DNA of 39,198 nt from a virus (Duplodnaviria; Caudoviricetes): positions 1 to 39,198 of the IMG/VR virus record IMGVR_UViG_3300022936_000007, one strand, 5' to 3'. The notes beneath the pieces were generated by a model. That model was not told where the DNA came from. It did not search any database and worked only from the letters and a program-made list of their open reading frames with translations. The first letter of the stretch is position 1; each line of letters starts with the position of its first letter. Positions 9,677-20,003 of this stretch are shown here, piece after piece. Made by a program: the position numbers and the translations under genes.

Positions 9677-11116
9677 ATGGCTATCAAGTTACCAACGATC
9701 CCCACTCTCCAAGCTCCCACCGCAGGAGGCGTGCCTGCCGCTAACGCGTTCGCTCTTGCAACAGGGAAAGCCCCGGTCGCAAACACCCCCCAGACCACTG
9801 CCTACACCGCACCGGCAGCACCACTCATGTCTCCTGTCACTGTAGCAGCCCCTGTAGCGCCCGTGACGGCCATTTCAGCGTCTAAGCTGACTCCACAAGC
9901 AACTCCTACCTATCCCACCGTACAGAGCAATGTAGCGCCTCAGACAAGCCTCGCAGCCTCTCTCGCGGCAATCCAGGAACAGGCCCTCGGAATCCAGTCA
10001 CAGCTTCAGAAACAGCAGCAGGAACAGGTAACCACCGCAGCAGCTCCAGTCTCCCAGAGGGGAACGGTACTTGACCGTATACTCGGACTCGGAAATGAAC
10101 TTGGAACAAAGGGAGACTTCGCGCTCGAAGTGAACAAGGAGAACGATATTGCCGGGAAAGCACAGAAAGTCACCGATCTAACTAACCAGTACAAGGCAAA
10201 GGAACGCGCATACGACCTCGAAATCAGAAAGATACAGAACTCTAACCCGCAGGGAACCGGCGCAGAGGTAGCTGCTGCACAGATAGCTGACATTCAGAGG
10301 AATAAGAACCAGGAGCTCGCAGATATCGCTATCCAGCAGTCAGCAGCCCTCGGTAACTACGACACTGCCCGAGAAATCGCGCAGCAGACTGTAGACGCCA
10401 AGTACGAAGGTGTCGAAGCCCAGATACAACTATTGAAAGACTACTATCAATTGTCTGCGAACGATTTAACTGAATCGGAGAAAGTACAGGTTCAGGCAAA
10501 TATACAAGAAAAACAGGCGGCAGTTGAGTACGAGCGCCAGAAGGACCTATACGCTTATAAACAAGAGATTGACCAGCAGGACCCAAAGTACCAGGCCGAG
10601 CTTGCAAATATATATTCTCAGATATCGGCACGTGCTGCGGAGAGCGTAGGAAACCCTAACGGCACCCTTAACGGTAAGGCACAGACCACAGCTCAGGGTC
10701 TTGTGCAGGGATATGCAGACCGACTTGCCCAGTCGGATGTAACAATCAATAAGATTGGTGCAAACTTCACAAATCCGGCATCCTCACTTGCAGGGGTACT
10801 TCCTAACTTCTTGAAGTCGGCAGATCGTCAGGTATACGAACAGGCTCAGAGGAACTTCGTAAATGCAATTCTTCGTCGTGAATCCGGCGCAGCAATCGCT
10901 CCTTCTGAGTTCCAGAGCGCAGCTACCCAGTACTTCCCTCAACCAGGAGACAAGCCTGCTGTTGTCCAGCAGAAGGCAGCAAACCGCCAGACTGTCATAA
11001 ATAGCCTATATAACCAGGCGAACGTGGCGCAACCAGTACTACCAGGGTCAGTGATTGATTACGATGGAAAGAGTTATCAGGTGGGAGATGATGGAGAAAC
11101 ACTTACAGAACTATGA
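9677..11116 (+). CDS. Internal virion/DNA-ejection-like protein
   Basis: A/Q-rich coiled coil with FVNAILRRESGAAI...E...A...YFPQPGD motif seen in podovirus ejection proteins. Confidence 0.55.
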   Translation: MAIKLPTIPTLQAPTAGGVPAANAFALATGKAPVANTPQTTAYTAPAAPLMSPVTVAAPVAPVTAISASKLTPQATPTYPTVQSNVAPQTSLAASLAAIQEQALGIQSQLQKQQQEQVTTAAAPVSQRGTVLDRILGLGNELGTKGDFALEVNKENDIAGKAQKVTDLTNQYKAKERAYDLEIRKIQNSNPQGTGAEVAAAQIADIQRNKNQELADIAIQQSAALGNYDTAREIAQQTVDAKYEGVEAQIQLLKDYYQLSANDLTESEKVQVQANIQEKQAAVEYERQKDLYAYKQEIDQQDPKYQAELANIYSQISARAAESVGNPNGTLNGKAQTTAQGLVQGYADRLAQSDVTINKIGANFTNPASSLAGVLPNFLKSADRQVYEQAQRNFVNAILRRESGAAIAPSEFQSAATQYFPQPGDKPAVVQQKAANRQTVINSLYNQANVAQPVLPGSVIDYDGKSYQVGDDGETLTEL

Positions 11117-12429
11117 AATTAAGCGATTTAAAGGGTAAGTACAGCGTTGTCTCTCAGGGCTCGGCAACCCCTGAGCAGGCGGCAATGGCATTCACAAAGC
11201 CAGTAGACAATAGGGATTTTCTGCAAAAGACTGGAGACGTAGTAAATTCTATCTTCCCAGGCAAGCAGGTAGGAGAGTCTATCGGTGCTCTTGCTGGGTA
11301 TGTCCTAACTCCAAAGGAAAATAAATCGCAGTATGACCTGAATGGCCCTTCCACTACCCAGGTGCTTGGAGATGTCGCAGCAGGTGCGGCTACCGTTGCG
11401 GGGTTCAAGGGCGTTGGAACTGGCGGTGGATTGGTTAAGAACGCTCTACAGTCGGCAGGGCTTGGAGCCGTGATGTCAGGAGGGAAGTCTAGTGCCGAGG
11501 GTAATAATCTCGGCACTGTGGCAAAGGACGCGGCAATCGGAGCAGCGACTGGTGCAGCCGTATCAGGGGCCCTAAGCGGCACAGAGGCCTTCCTAAAGAG
11601 TTTCCGTGCAGTGCCAGAACGCCTTATCCGTAGTGCAACAGGACAGTCCAAGAGTGAAATTCTTGCGGGGAAGGATATATCTAAATACGTTCTCGAAAAT
11701 AAGCGTATCGGTACAGCTGAACAGATCATCGCTTCTTCTCAGAAGGCAATATCTGAGGCTGACGCGATAATCAAGGAGAATCTTAAAGCAGCACCAGGCG
11801 TGAAACTTTCACTAAAGGAAACTATCAATGACTTGGCAGCCTCTATAAACAACTCTGGCGGAGAAATAGACGAGATGGGTGTAAAACAGATTCTTGAATC
11901 TCTCGCCCCACAGGTAAAGAGAACGCTTTCAAAAGAGAGTCTCTCGCTTGCAGAGGCAAACTCTCTACGCTCGCAGCTCGACAGTACTCTTGGGAATCGC
12001 GCATTCATAAATGCCCAGCTTCCATACAACAAGGGTATTCTAATGGATTTCACCAATGCTCTTCGCGAACAGGTTAAGCAGAGGGCACCAGAAGGTACTC
12101 GTGCTGCGTTTAATACTCTTAGTAAAGAGATACAACTTAGGAATCTCATAGAATCAAAGCTCGCTGGGTCTAGCCGCAACCAAATCATAGGTCTAGGTGA
12201 TCTTATATCTGGCGGGTTCGGAGGTGCAGTAGGAGGTATACCAGGTGCAGTGGTGGGAGCAGGTCTGAAGAGAGCAGCAGAGTCTACTCTCACAAAGACT
12301 GGCGGGGCGGTAATCATAGACCAGCTCGACAAAACCCTTTCCCCGGTACTCGCAAATCTTGAACCAGCTGTACAGACAGAGATTCTGAATGCAATTACGG
12401 CAGCTTTCACGGGTCTTGAGGAAGAATAG
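11113..12429 (+). CDS. Internal virion/DNA-ejection-like protein
   Basis: G/A-rich hydrophobic stretches (GAATGAAVSGAL, GGAVGGIPGAVVGAG). Confidence 0.5.
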   Translation: MKLSDLKGKYSVVSQGSATPEQAAMAFTKPVDNRDFLQKTGDVVNSIFPGKQVGESIGALAGYVLTPKENKSQYDLNGPSTTQVLGDVAAGAATVAGFKGVGTGGGLVKNALQSAGLGAVMSGGKSSAEGNNLGTVAKDAAIGAATGAAVSGALSGTEAFLKSFRAVPERLIRSATGQSKSEILAGKDISKYVLENKRIGTAEQIIASSQKAISEADAIIKENLKAAPGVKLSLKETINDLAASINNSGGEIDEMGVKQILESLAPQVKRTLSKESLSLAEANSLRSQLDSTLGNRAFINAQLPYNKGILMDFTNALREQVKQRAPEGTRAAFNTLSKEIQLRNLIESKLAGSSRNQIIGLGDLISGGFGGAVGGIPGAVVGAGLKRAAESTLTKTGGAVIIDQLDKTLSPVLANLEPAVQTEILNAITAAFTGLEEE

Positions 12430-12481
12430 TTATTAACACCGTATTCCTTTACTTTCCTGCAAAAGGGCGTATTGTCCAGAA

Positions 12482-12748
12482 ATGGACATAAAATGGGGTA
12501 GCACGGTGTTTGCGGTAGCTATTCTAGCAATAGGCTGGTTCTTTGTGCATGATTGGAACGACTGGACGGGGTTCTATTACCCCGATTCAGGCTCGTTAGA
12601 GGCTTATAAGGCAAGTGATAAGCTTTCCTCATTGGAGGAGTGCCGTATGTGGGCGAAGTCACAAGGGACCGGAAAATACGAGTGTGGACGATCGTGCGAG
12701 TTCGATTTCCAATCAGATATATACGTTTGTGAAGAGACGCTAGACTAG
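12482..12748 (+). CDS. Small membrane-anchored Cys-containing protein
   Basis: N-terminal TM segment, WTGFYYPD, four Cys. Confidence 0.6.
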   Translation: MDIKWGSTVFAVAILAIGWFFVHDWNDWTGFYYPDSGSLEAYKASDKLSSLEECRMWAKSQGTGKYECGRSCEFDFQSDIYVCEETLD

Positions 12749-12807
12749 CACTATCCCCCGTCCATAGGGTTGTTTTTTCCTATATACTGTGGTTATAGGA
12801 ATTCTCC

Positions 12808-15800
12808 ATGGATGAAAAAAAGCTACTTAGGCTGGAAAAGCTCCTGGACTTAGCGGACCAGGATTACACAACCCCAGAGGATGTAGCTTCTGCCTTGTCC
12901 CCCGTTATTGAGGCTGTAGGTGTCGTTCGCCAGAAGTTAGAGAAGAAGATAGGAGATACAGAGGAGCTTGTCGTTAAAGAGACAGGTCGCATTGATCGTA
13001 GGCTTTCTACCCTTGCTAAGGATTCTTCTCAGGGTCTTGAATCTTTGCGCCGCGAAATCAGGAACGTAGAGCTCACTCCGGGTGCTCCTGGAAAGGACGC
13101 AGATGTGGAGGAAGTGGCCGCCCGTGTACTTTCTCTTGCGAAATTCCCGGAGCCTATTCCTGGGAAGGATGGCTCTCCTGATTCGGCAGAGGACATCCGT
13201 AACAAGCTCGAACTCCTCGATGGCGACGAGCGTCTCGACAAGTCAGCTATCAAAGGACTGGAAGAGTTCTTCAAGGAGAATACAAAGAAGGATGATGACG
13301 GTATCACCCGTATCATCGGCGCAAATAAGCCACTCTGGGCTCTTAACGACGTAAACCTAACCGGCCTCCTAGTAGGAAACACAATCGTTTGGGATGGTAC
13401 TCAGTGGGTGCCAGGCTCCGGTGGAGGTTCTGGTGGACAGGTAAACAGCGTCGTGGCTGGGGCAGGAATCTCCGTAAACTCTACTGATCCGGTAAATCCT
13501 ATAGTCTCTTCGACCATTACTCAGTACACAGACGCTCTAGCAAGGGGAGCGATTAGCCTCACAACAACAGGCACTAGCGGCGCAGCAACCTACAACTCTA
13601 CTACGGGAGTAATTAACGTCCCGCAGTATGCAGGAACTATTGACGGCTCTGGTACGGCAAACCAGATAACCTACTGGGTAGACACTGACACAGTAGGAGC
13701 CCTTTCCACGGCGACCTATCCATCGCTAACAGAACTTTCGTACGTTAAGGGTGTCACCTCTTCGATCCAAACACAGCTCAATTCGCTCTCTGCCTCTGAT
13801 TACTGGAGTCGGAACACTGGAAGCGGGTACATCTATCCAGCCACCCTTACAGATCGTGTAGGTATTGGAATCAACGCCCCTGCCGCAAAACTCGAAGTGA
13901 TGTCCGGTAGTACGAGTGCCCTAAACACCGCTTTCCGCGTAGATGACTCGGCAGGCCGTTCGATGCTTGAAGTGAATGACGCTGGTTTCATAGGAGTCTC
14001 CACCGCCCCATCTTCCCTATGGAAGCTCGACTTCACAGGACAGTATTTCCAGATGGGCTCGGACAACACCTCGAATGACACGAGGACCAATAACACCGTT
14101 AAGCTCTTCGGTACGGTGCTCCCCCATTATGCCAACGCCTCAAGCCCTATGTGGGTTATTGGAGGTCAGACCACCTCTGTAGCCAATACCGTATTCATCG
14201 GTGGTGGCGTGACTTCAGGAGCGAACGCGGCAACAGGAATCAACTTTGCGACGAACTCGACAACCACGGGCGGGGTCGGCACAGTGCGAATGGCCCTTTC
14301 CAACACCCTCCTCCGTATCGGGTCTGGAGACGCTACTACCACCCCAGCAGCAGTCACTCTCGAAGGGCCTAGGGCCGCTGGGGGTACCGACATCGCGGGA
14401 ACTGCGTGGACAATGGTTTCTGGTAAGGCAACCGGGGCCGCGAACTCTGGAGATTTCATATTCCAGACAGGTCTCGTAACCACTTCAGGAACAACCATAC
14501 AGACTGCGACAACTCGCATGGTGATTCTTGGAGGTACAGGAAACGTGGGTATCGGCCTCACCAACCCGAGCAACCCTCTTGACGTCCAAAGGAACCAGAA
14601 TGCGCTCACCCAGACGAGAGTAATTAATGCCACAGCAGGTACTACGTCACGTGTTGCTATCACGGCACAGTCTGACGTAGCAACAATGACACTGGATACG
14701 TTCTCTAGCCTATGGACCCCTACTGGCGGCGGAGACGACGCAGTAAGCGGTGCCCGCATGCTCGCCAACGGCACGGGTGGCTTCTCTTTCCGTGTTTCAA
14801 ACGCCGCTGCCACTATTAGGTTCTACACAGGCGCTACTGAACGTATGCGCGTGGATGCTGCGGGAACGGTCAATCTCTCGTCCCTCACAAACGGTCTCGT
14901 TAAGAGCACCTCAGGCACTCTTTCTAATGCCACTGCCGGTACTGATTATCAGGCTCCTATCACACTTACTACTACAGGAACCTCTGGTGCGGCTACCCTG
15001 ATCGGAAACACTCTTAATATCCCGAACTATGCGGGAGGTGGGGGCGGAGGGGATGTGTTCGGACCAGCGTCGGCAACAGACAACGCAATCGCTCGCTTTG
15101 ATACCACCACAGGAAAACTCATCCAGAATAGTGCGGTCACGATCGCCGACACTACAGGAATCATCGCGGGAACCCAGGGGCTCACCTTCACAGGTGTCGC
15201 GGCCCCCGCATACGTACAGGGAGGACTCGTATACGACACGGATAACGAATCCCTTACTTTCTTTAATAACAACTCCAATGTGGCTCTCCAGGTGGGTCAG
15301 GAGGAGTGGATACGTGTAGTAAACAACACAGGCTCTACGATCGCTAACGGAGCGGTTGTGTATCTTAACGGTGCTTCAGCAGGAATGCCAACAATCGCTC
15401 TCGCCCAGTCGAACGCAGCGGCCACGACCATTGGCGCAGGACTCACGACCCAATCAATCGCTAACGGAGCCACAGGATACGTCACTTGTATTGGTATTGT
15501 TCGCGGACTTGATACCTCGGCTTTCACCGCAGGACAGACCGTATACATCTCTTCTACAGTCGCAGGAGGGCTCACAGCGACCGCACCAGCCGCACCTAAC
15601 TACAGATACCGCGTGGGTATCGTGGGCGTCTCTAGTGCAACTGTAGGTACCATCCACGTTACTCCTTCCACAGCAGCTCTTGGAAACGGTACAGCAAACC
15701 AGATATTCGGTATCAATGCAGCCGGTACGGCCCAGGAGGTAAAGAGCATAACTTCCACTACTTCCATAACAGTAGTGAATGCTGCGAACTCCATCACCAT

Positions 15801-17373
15801 GCAGCGTGCGGCTCTTACGGGCGTAGTGACCGCTTCTGCGAACTCCAACACTACTGCATTTGGCTCCTTTGCTTCCTCAGTCCTCGCTACAGCACTCACG
15901 GACGAGACTGGCACCGGCTCCGTGGTTTTCTCAAACTCCCCAACCCTGGTAACGCCTAACCTGGGAACCCCATCGACTCTCGTAGGAACGAACATTACGG
16001 GTACAGCAGCAGGTCTCACCGCAGGCACCGTGACTACTAATGCAAACCTCACAGGAGACGTTACGAGCGTAGGAAACGCTACCTCTATCGCCGCAGGAGT
16101 CATCGTAGACGCTGACGTAAACGCCTCAGCAGCCATCGCCGTCACCAAACTTGCTGCTCTCACCGCAAACCGTGCTGTAGTAACGAATGGTTCAGGATTC
16201 CTCACGGTCTCGGCTGCTACAGACACAGAAATCGGCTATCTTTCGGGTGTCACCTCGGGAATCCAGGCACAGATAAATGCTAAGGGCGCAGGAACGGTCA
16301 CATCGGTCTCAGGAACGACTAACAGGATTACGGTAGCCACTGGAACCACCACGCCCGTCATAGATATTTCAGCTACGTTCGAGGCTCTTCTAGGTAAGGT
16401 CGCGAACCGTATCGATCAGAACAACGCAGCAACCACCTCTGCACAGCTTGCAACCGTTATATCTGATGAAACAGGCTCAGGGGCGCTTGTGTTTGCCACG
16501 TCTCCTACTCTCGTTACTCCAGCACTCGGAACTCCTACAGCTCTTGTGGCTACCAATGCCACCGGAACGGCTACAGGCCTCACTTCTGGAATAACTCTTG
16601 CACTAAAGTCTGCAACGACGACTGTAGATGTTTCTGCCGCTACAGCCCCCACAAGTGGTCAGGTACTTACCGCCACCAGCTCCACTACTGCAACCTGGCA
16701 AACGCCTTCTGGAGGCACGACACCTAGTGTTCAGACATTCACTGCTAACGGTACATGGACAAAGCCAGCAAACCTGAAATATGTAGTAGTCCGTCTTGTG
16801 GGTGGTGGCGGTGGTGGAGGTGGTGCAGATGCGTCTGCCTCAGAATCGAATGCAGGAGCAGGAGGAGGGTCTGGAGGGTACTGTGAGAGAATCATATCTG
16901 CAGCTTCTTTGGCATCAAGTGAAACGGTGACGATAGGTGCCGCCGGAACAGCAGGTGCAAATACCGGACTTGCTGGCGGCGCGGGTGGGAACACCACATT
17001 CGGTGCGCTTGCTACTGGAAATGGTGGTGGCGGTGGTGATGGTTCTAACACCGGATTGGCTGGTGTACGCGGGGGCGCAGGAGGAACTGCGGCTTCAGGA
17101 AATATAAATGCGAAGGGAACGCCTGGCGGAAACGGTACCGTAACTAACACCGGACTTGGACCAGATGGCGCTGTCCAGGGAGGTAACGGAGGCTCGTCTG
17201 CATTCGGCGGAGGAGGTCGAGGAGGAGCAACCGGAGGTGGCGGTGGAAGTGCGACAGGTGAGGATGGAGGAAACTATGGCGCTGGCGGAGGTGGAGGTCA
17301 CTCTAATAACGGAGCAACTGCTGCGGGCGGTGCAGGATCAGCAGGATTCGTCGTAGTATACGAGTACTACTAG
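12808..17373 (+). CDS. Large tail fibre/receptor-binding protein
   Basis: 1521 aa, T/G/S/A-rich; VGIG repeats, internal duplications, C-terminal Gly-rich domain (FTANGTWTKP...VVRLVGGGGGGG...GFVVVYEY). Confidence 0.8.
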   Translation: MDEKKLLRLEKLLDLADQDYTTPEDVASALSPVIEAVGVVRQKLEKKIGDTEELVVKETGRIDRRLSTLAKDSSQGLESLRREIRNVELTPGAPGKDADVEEVAARVLSLAKFPEPIPGKDGSPDSAEDIRNKLELLDGDERLDKSAIKGLEEFFKENTKKDDDGITRIIGANKPLWALNDVNLTGLLVGNTIVWDGTQWVPGSGGGSGGQVNSVVAGAGISVNSTDPVNPIVSSTITQYTDALARGAISLTTTGTSGAATYNSTTGVINVPQYAGTIDGSGTANQITYWVDTDTVGALSTATYPSLTELSYVKGVTSSIQTQLNSLSASDYWSRNTGSGYIYPATLTDRVGIGINAPAAKLEVMSGSTSALNTAFRVDDSAGRSMLEVNDAGFIGVSTAPSSLWKLDFTGQYFQMGSDNTSNDTRTNNTVKLFGTVLPHYANASSPMWVIGGQTTSVANTVFIGGGVTSGANAATGINFATNSTTTGGVGTVRMALSNTLLRIGSGDATTTPAAVTLEGPRAAGGTDIAGTAWTMVSGKATGAANSGDFIFQTGLVTTSGTTIQTATTRMVILGGTGNVGIGLTNPSNPLDVQRNQNALTQTRVINATAGTTSRVAITAQSDVATMTLDTFSSLWTPTGGGDDAVSGARMLANGTGGFSFRVSNAAATIRFYTGATERMRVDAAGTVNLSSLTNGLVKSTSGTLSNATAGTDYQAPITLTTTGTSGAATLIGNTLNIPNYAGGGGGGDVFGPASATDNAIARFDTTTGKLIQNSAVTIADTTGIIAGTQGLTFTGVAAPAYVQGGLVYDTDNESLTFFNNNSNVALQVGQEEWIRVVNNTGSTIANGAVVYLNGASAGMPTIALAQSNAAATTIGAGLTTQSIANGATGYVTCIGIVRGLDTSAFTAGQTVYISSTVAGGLTATAPAAPNYRYRVGIVGVSSATVGTIHVTPSTAALGNGTANQIFGINAAGTAQEVKSITSTTSITVVNAANSITMQRAALTGVVTASANSNTTAFGSFASSVLATALTDETGTGSVVFSNSPTLVTPNLGTPSTLVGTNITGTAAGLTAGTVTTNANLTGDVTSVGNATSIAAGVIVDADVNASAAIAVTKLAALTANRAVVTNGSGFLTVSAATDTEIGYLSGVTSGIQAQINAKGAGTVTSVSGTTNRITVATGTTTPVIDISATFEALLGKVANRIDQNNAATTSAQLATVISDETGSGALVFATSPTLVTPALGTPTALVATNATGTATGLTSGITLALKSATTTVDVSAATAPTSGQVLTATSSTTATWQTPSGGTTPSVQTFTANGTWTKPANLKYVVVRLVGGGGGGGGADASASESNAGAGGGSGGYCERIISAASLASSETVTIGAAGTAGANTGLAGGAGGNTTFGALATGNGGGGGDGSNTGLAGVRGGAGGTAASGNINAKGTPGGNGTVTNTGLGPDGAVQGGNGGSSAFGGGGRGGATGGGGGSATGEDGGNYGAGGGGGHSNNGATAAGGAGSAGFVVVYEYY

Positions 17374-17525
17374 TAGTCACCACGTAGATAGACCGAGGCT
17401 CACGGATACATTCGCGATTCTGGCCTGTCTGGGTGGTTCGCCCTGAGGGGGGTGTTCCTGCCGTACTCCTATACGAAAGACATGAAGGAGGAGGCTCAGA
17501 CAGGGATATATCTATCCTTGTAATC

Positions 17526-18287
17526 ATGAAAAAGAAAATCCTGGTGTTTGCGTTGCTTTTTGCTTTGTTTGCACCTTCTACTTCGTTCGCAGCAATTAAT
17601 CGCGTATTTGTGGAGCCCGTATTCGCAACGGGAGACGGTGTGTCAGTAAATGTTGCTTACTTTGAGGATGACTCACAGATGGAGCAGCGAGTCGTGAGCG
17701 TGCCGGCTTCAGCGTATGTAGATAACCTTACGCTGCAATCCGCGATTCAGAGTGCAGTGTTCGTGGACGCATCAAATCGAGGATACACCCTGAGCAAGGG
17801 AATGCAGATGCAGACTCTTACCCAGGCCGACATACAGGCTGCGATTGCCTCAACGACTAATCAATCTGACTGGACCCAGACTTCTACATCTAGTCCTGGA
17901 TACATCAAGAATAAGCCGTCTATGTCGTTCTCGACTACTTCGGTTACTCTTGGCACGGCCTTCCAGGTAGCTACTACCTCGGCCGCAGATATCCGTGGTT
18001 CCTTCCGTATCGCCAACGTGCTCACCCTCACAGGAGGCGCAGCAGGAGACATCGTGATGGAACAGGCTGATAACTCAGGTTTTACGACAAATGTCGTAGA
18101 GCTTGGACGCTGTGGAAATAGCAACACCGGCGGCCTCGTGGTGGGACTTACTCTGAATGACGCGGTTGGTTGTCAGGTGTCCGGTATCGTGGAGAAAGGA
18201 AAGTATGTACGCTTCCGATCTATAACGACCACCGGAACTCCGACATATACCGTTCTTGGCGCAAGGCAGGTTCTTCTCGGGTACTAA
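17526..18287 (+). CDS. Secreted protein with signal peptide
   Basis: MKKKILVFALLFALFAPSTSFA signal peptide; QSDWTQT...YIKNKP motif. Confidence 0.65.
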   Translation: MKKKILVFALLFALFAPSTSFAAINRVFVEPVFATGDGVSVNVAYFEDDSQMEQRVVSVPASAYVDNLTLQSAIQSAVFVDASNRGYTLSKGMQMQTLTQADIQAAIASTTNQSDWTQTSTSSPGYIKNKPSMSFSTTSVTLGTAFQVATTSAADIRGSFRIANVLTLTGGAAGDIVMEQADNSGFTTNVVELGRCGNSNTGGLVVGLTLNDAVGCQVSGIVEKGKYVRFRSITTTGTPTYTVLGARQVLLGY

Positions 18288-18330
18288 TCCCCGAGGAGTA
18301 AATCTGGCGTAAAGTGCTATATTAGACCAC

Positions 18331-18543
18331 ATGAAAGACCCCCGAACATGGATCATCTGGCTACTCCTCATAGTGATATTCGTGGGCGGATTAGTCGCTT
18401 GTGGGCTCTATCTCTGGGGTGAAATCATGCGCTCTACATGCAGCGATTTCACCTCACAGGATGCAGCTCAAGAGGCCTTTAATTGGGGGAATAAGAACCT
18501 AGACGGCGACAACGATGGTTTCGCATGCGAAAAACTTAAATAA
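18331..18543 (+). CDS. Membrane-anchored Excalibur calcium-binding domain protein
   Basis: TM segment, then CSDFTSQDAAQEAF...LDGDNDGFACE (DxDxDG loop). Confidence 0.85.
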   Translation: MKDPRTWIIWLLLIVIFVGGLVACGLYLWGEIMRSTCSDFTSQDAAQEAFNWGNKNLDGDNDGFACEKLK

Positions 18544-18548
18544 ACACT

Positions 18549-18791
18549 ATGGAAATTACCTACCGAAAGAACGACGCCGGAAAGCTCGAAAAGACAACCA
18601 TTATTCCAAGTGTCCCTCAGGTTAAGGTTGAGGAATGGACCTCTGAATTCATCGCCCAGTCTATTTCCCGGCATGGAGAGAAAGTGACAGCAATCCAGGC
18701 AGCTCGTGCCGCCGAAGATGCTGCACTCGATACGGAGCTCGCCGATCTTGAAGCACTTGCAGACAAGGCAGAAGAGCTCGACGTTACATAG
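18549..18791 (+). CDS. Hypothetical protein
   Basis: 80-aa ORF with coiled-coil C-terminus. Confidence 0.55.
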   Translation: MEITYRKNDAGKLEKTTIIPSVPQVKVEEWTSEFIAQSISRHGEKVTAIQAARAAEDAALDTELADLEALADKAEELDVT

Positions 18792-18856
18792 ACTCAGGGA
18801 GAACTCGGTGGCTATCCCCTAAGATGACAAGATGGTTGACATTGTATAATCACGAC

Positions 18857-19078
18857 ATGGATAGGCTCCATTGGGTACTCATAGCAATCATCGCGATCAT
18901 CGCTTTTGGCGTAGGATTTCTCTCGTATGCCAGTGCCTCGGCGAACCCGTGGGGAGTTACCAGGTACGGTGCGAAGTGCTGGCACGAGGACTCCATGCCC
19001 TCAAATATCGCCCTGAAGATACGGTTCCCTAACGAACAGTCATGCAAAGCATTCTTGGACAAACAAAACGGGGAATGA
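18857..19078 (+). CDS. Small membrane/secreted protein
   Basis: Likely start MDRLHW just after TGTATAAT (18843-18850); TM segment and 2 Cys. Confidence 0.55.
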   Translation: MDRLHWVLIAIIAIIAFGVGFLSYASASANPWGVTRYGAKCWHEDSMPSNIALKIRFPNEQSCKAFLDKQNGE

Positions 19079-19485
19079 ACTCCATAGGATCTTGTTTCGC
19101 TGAAGCATTCTTCTACGGACCAAAGAAGCCTTTTGAGCTGTTGTTTGCTATGTTCTTGTTCGTTTCCGCGCTTTCCGTGCTAAACCCTACGTTTGATATA
19201 TACGGCTCGTCTAGGACATTTGAGTTCATCAGGTGGCTCCCTGAGGCGTGGTTCGGGGCCATACTACTATTCGTCTCCCTTACAAAGTTCTTGGCCGTGT
19301 GCGCCGGTATACGGGGTCTGAGGGTATTTGCTTCAGCGGCAGCGTTCTCTCTGTTCTCTATAATGTTCGTACTCTTTTTCTCTGCGAATCCCACCGGAAT
19401 GCTCATACCGTGGCTCGGGATTATGTCCCTGATTTCGGCGACAATCCTTATCCGTAATATCCTTGAATACTATGGATTGGAGTAG
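19075..19485 (+). CDS. Multi-pass membrane protein (holin-like)
   Basis: About 4 hydrophobic segments; lysis-region position. Confidence 0.5.
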   Translation: MNSIGSCFAEAFFYGPKKPFELLFAMFLFVSALSVLNPTFDIYGSSRTFEFIRWLPEAWFGAILLFVSLTKFLAVCAGIRGLRVFASAAAFSLFSIMFVLFFSANPTGMLIPWLGIMSLISATILIRNILEYYGLE

Positions 19486-19897
19486 TTTCATTCCGGCCGT
19501 TTCAGGCTTGCTCGCTGGTCTCGGCGCGTGGCTGGGTGCTTTCATATACTCCCGCTTCAAGGAGGCAGACAAAAGAAACGATGCGCGTGCTCTCCGCGAG
19601 GCGGCAGATAAGATCACCACTAAGGAATGGCTCGATCGCGAGAAGATGCGGGATGACGAGATCAGCCAGCTCCGCCGCGAGATGGATGAGCTCAGGAACA
19701 CCAAGGATAAGGAAATACTGGTTCTCCGCACGGAAAACGCAGACCTAAAGATAGAGCTCTCAGGACTCAGACACCAGGTAGCTCAGCTCGAACAGATAAA
19801 CCGCCTCGACACCTTCAATAAAACTGCCGCAGGAGAGCTTGCAAAGGAAGAGATACATACCGCCGTAAACGACAGCGTTAACAAGCTAATGCCCTAG
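19472..19897 (+). CDS. TM + coiled-coil protein (lysis module)
   Basis: N-terminal TM segment and long coiled coil. Confidence 0.55.
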   Translation: MDWSSFIPAVSGLLAGLGAWLGAFIYSRFKEADKRNDARALREAADKITTKEWLDREKMRDDEISQLRREMDELRNTKDKEILVLRTENADLKIELSGLRHQVAQLEQINRLDTFNKTAAGELAKEEIHTAVNDSVNKLMP

Positions 19898-19898
19898 T

Positions 19899-20003
19899 AT
19901 GAACAAGCTCGTTTTGGCCTACGAAGTGAAGCCGTGGAAGATTAATCAGAAATGGGGTGTCTACCGGCCGGATGTCTACTCTCAGTTCGGCTTCACGGAC
20001 TAA
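19899..20003 (+). pseudogene. Truncated N-terminus of an M23-type endolysin
   Basis: MNKLVLAYEVKPWKINQKWGVYRPDVYSQFGFTD*; parallels the N-terminus of the intact M23 gene and stops where HxxxD would begin. Confidence 0.5.

Noticed and set aside
12808-17373. Diversity-generating retroelement target or invertible fibre cassette
   Set aside because: No reverse transcriptase or invertase; repeats are similar at protein level, not near-identical adenine-variant DNA copies
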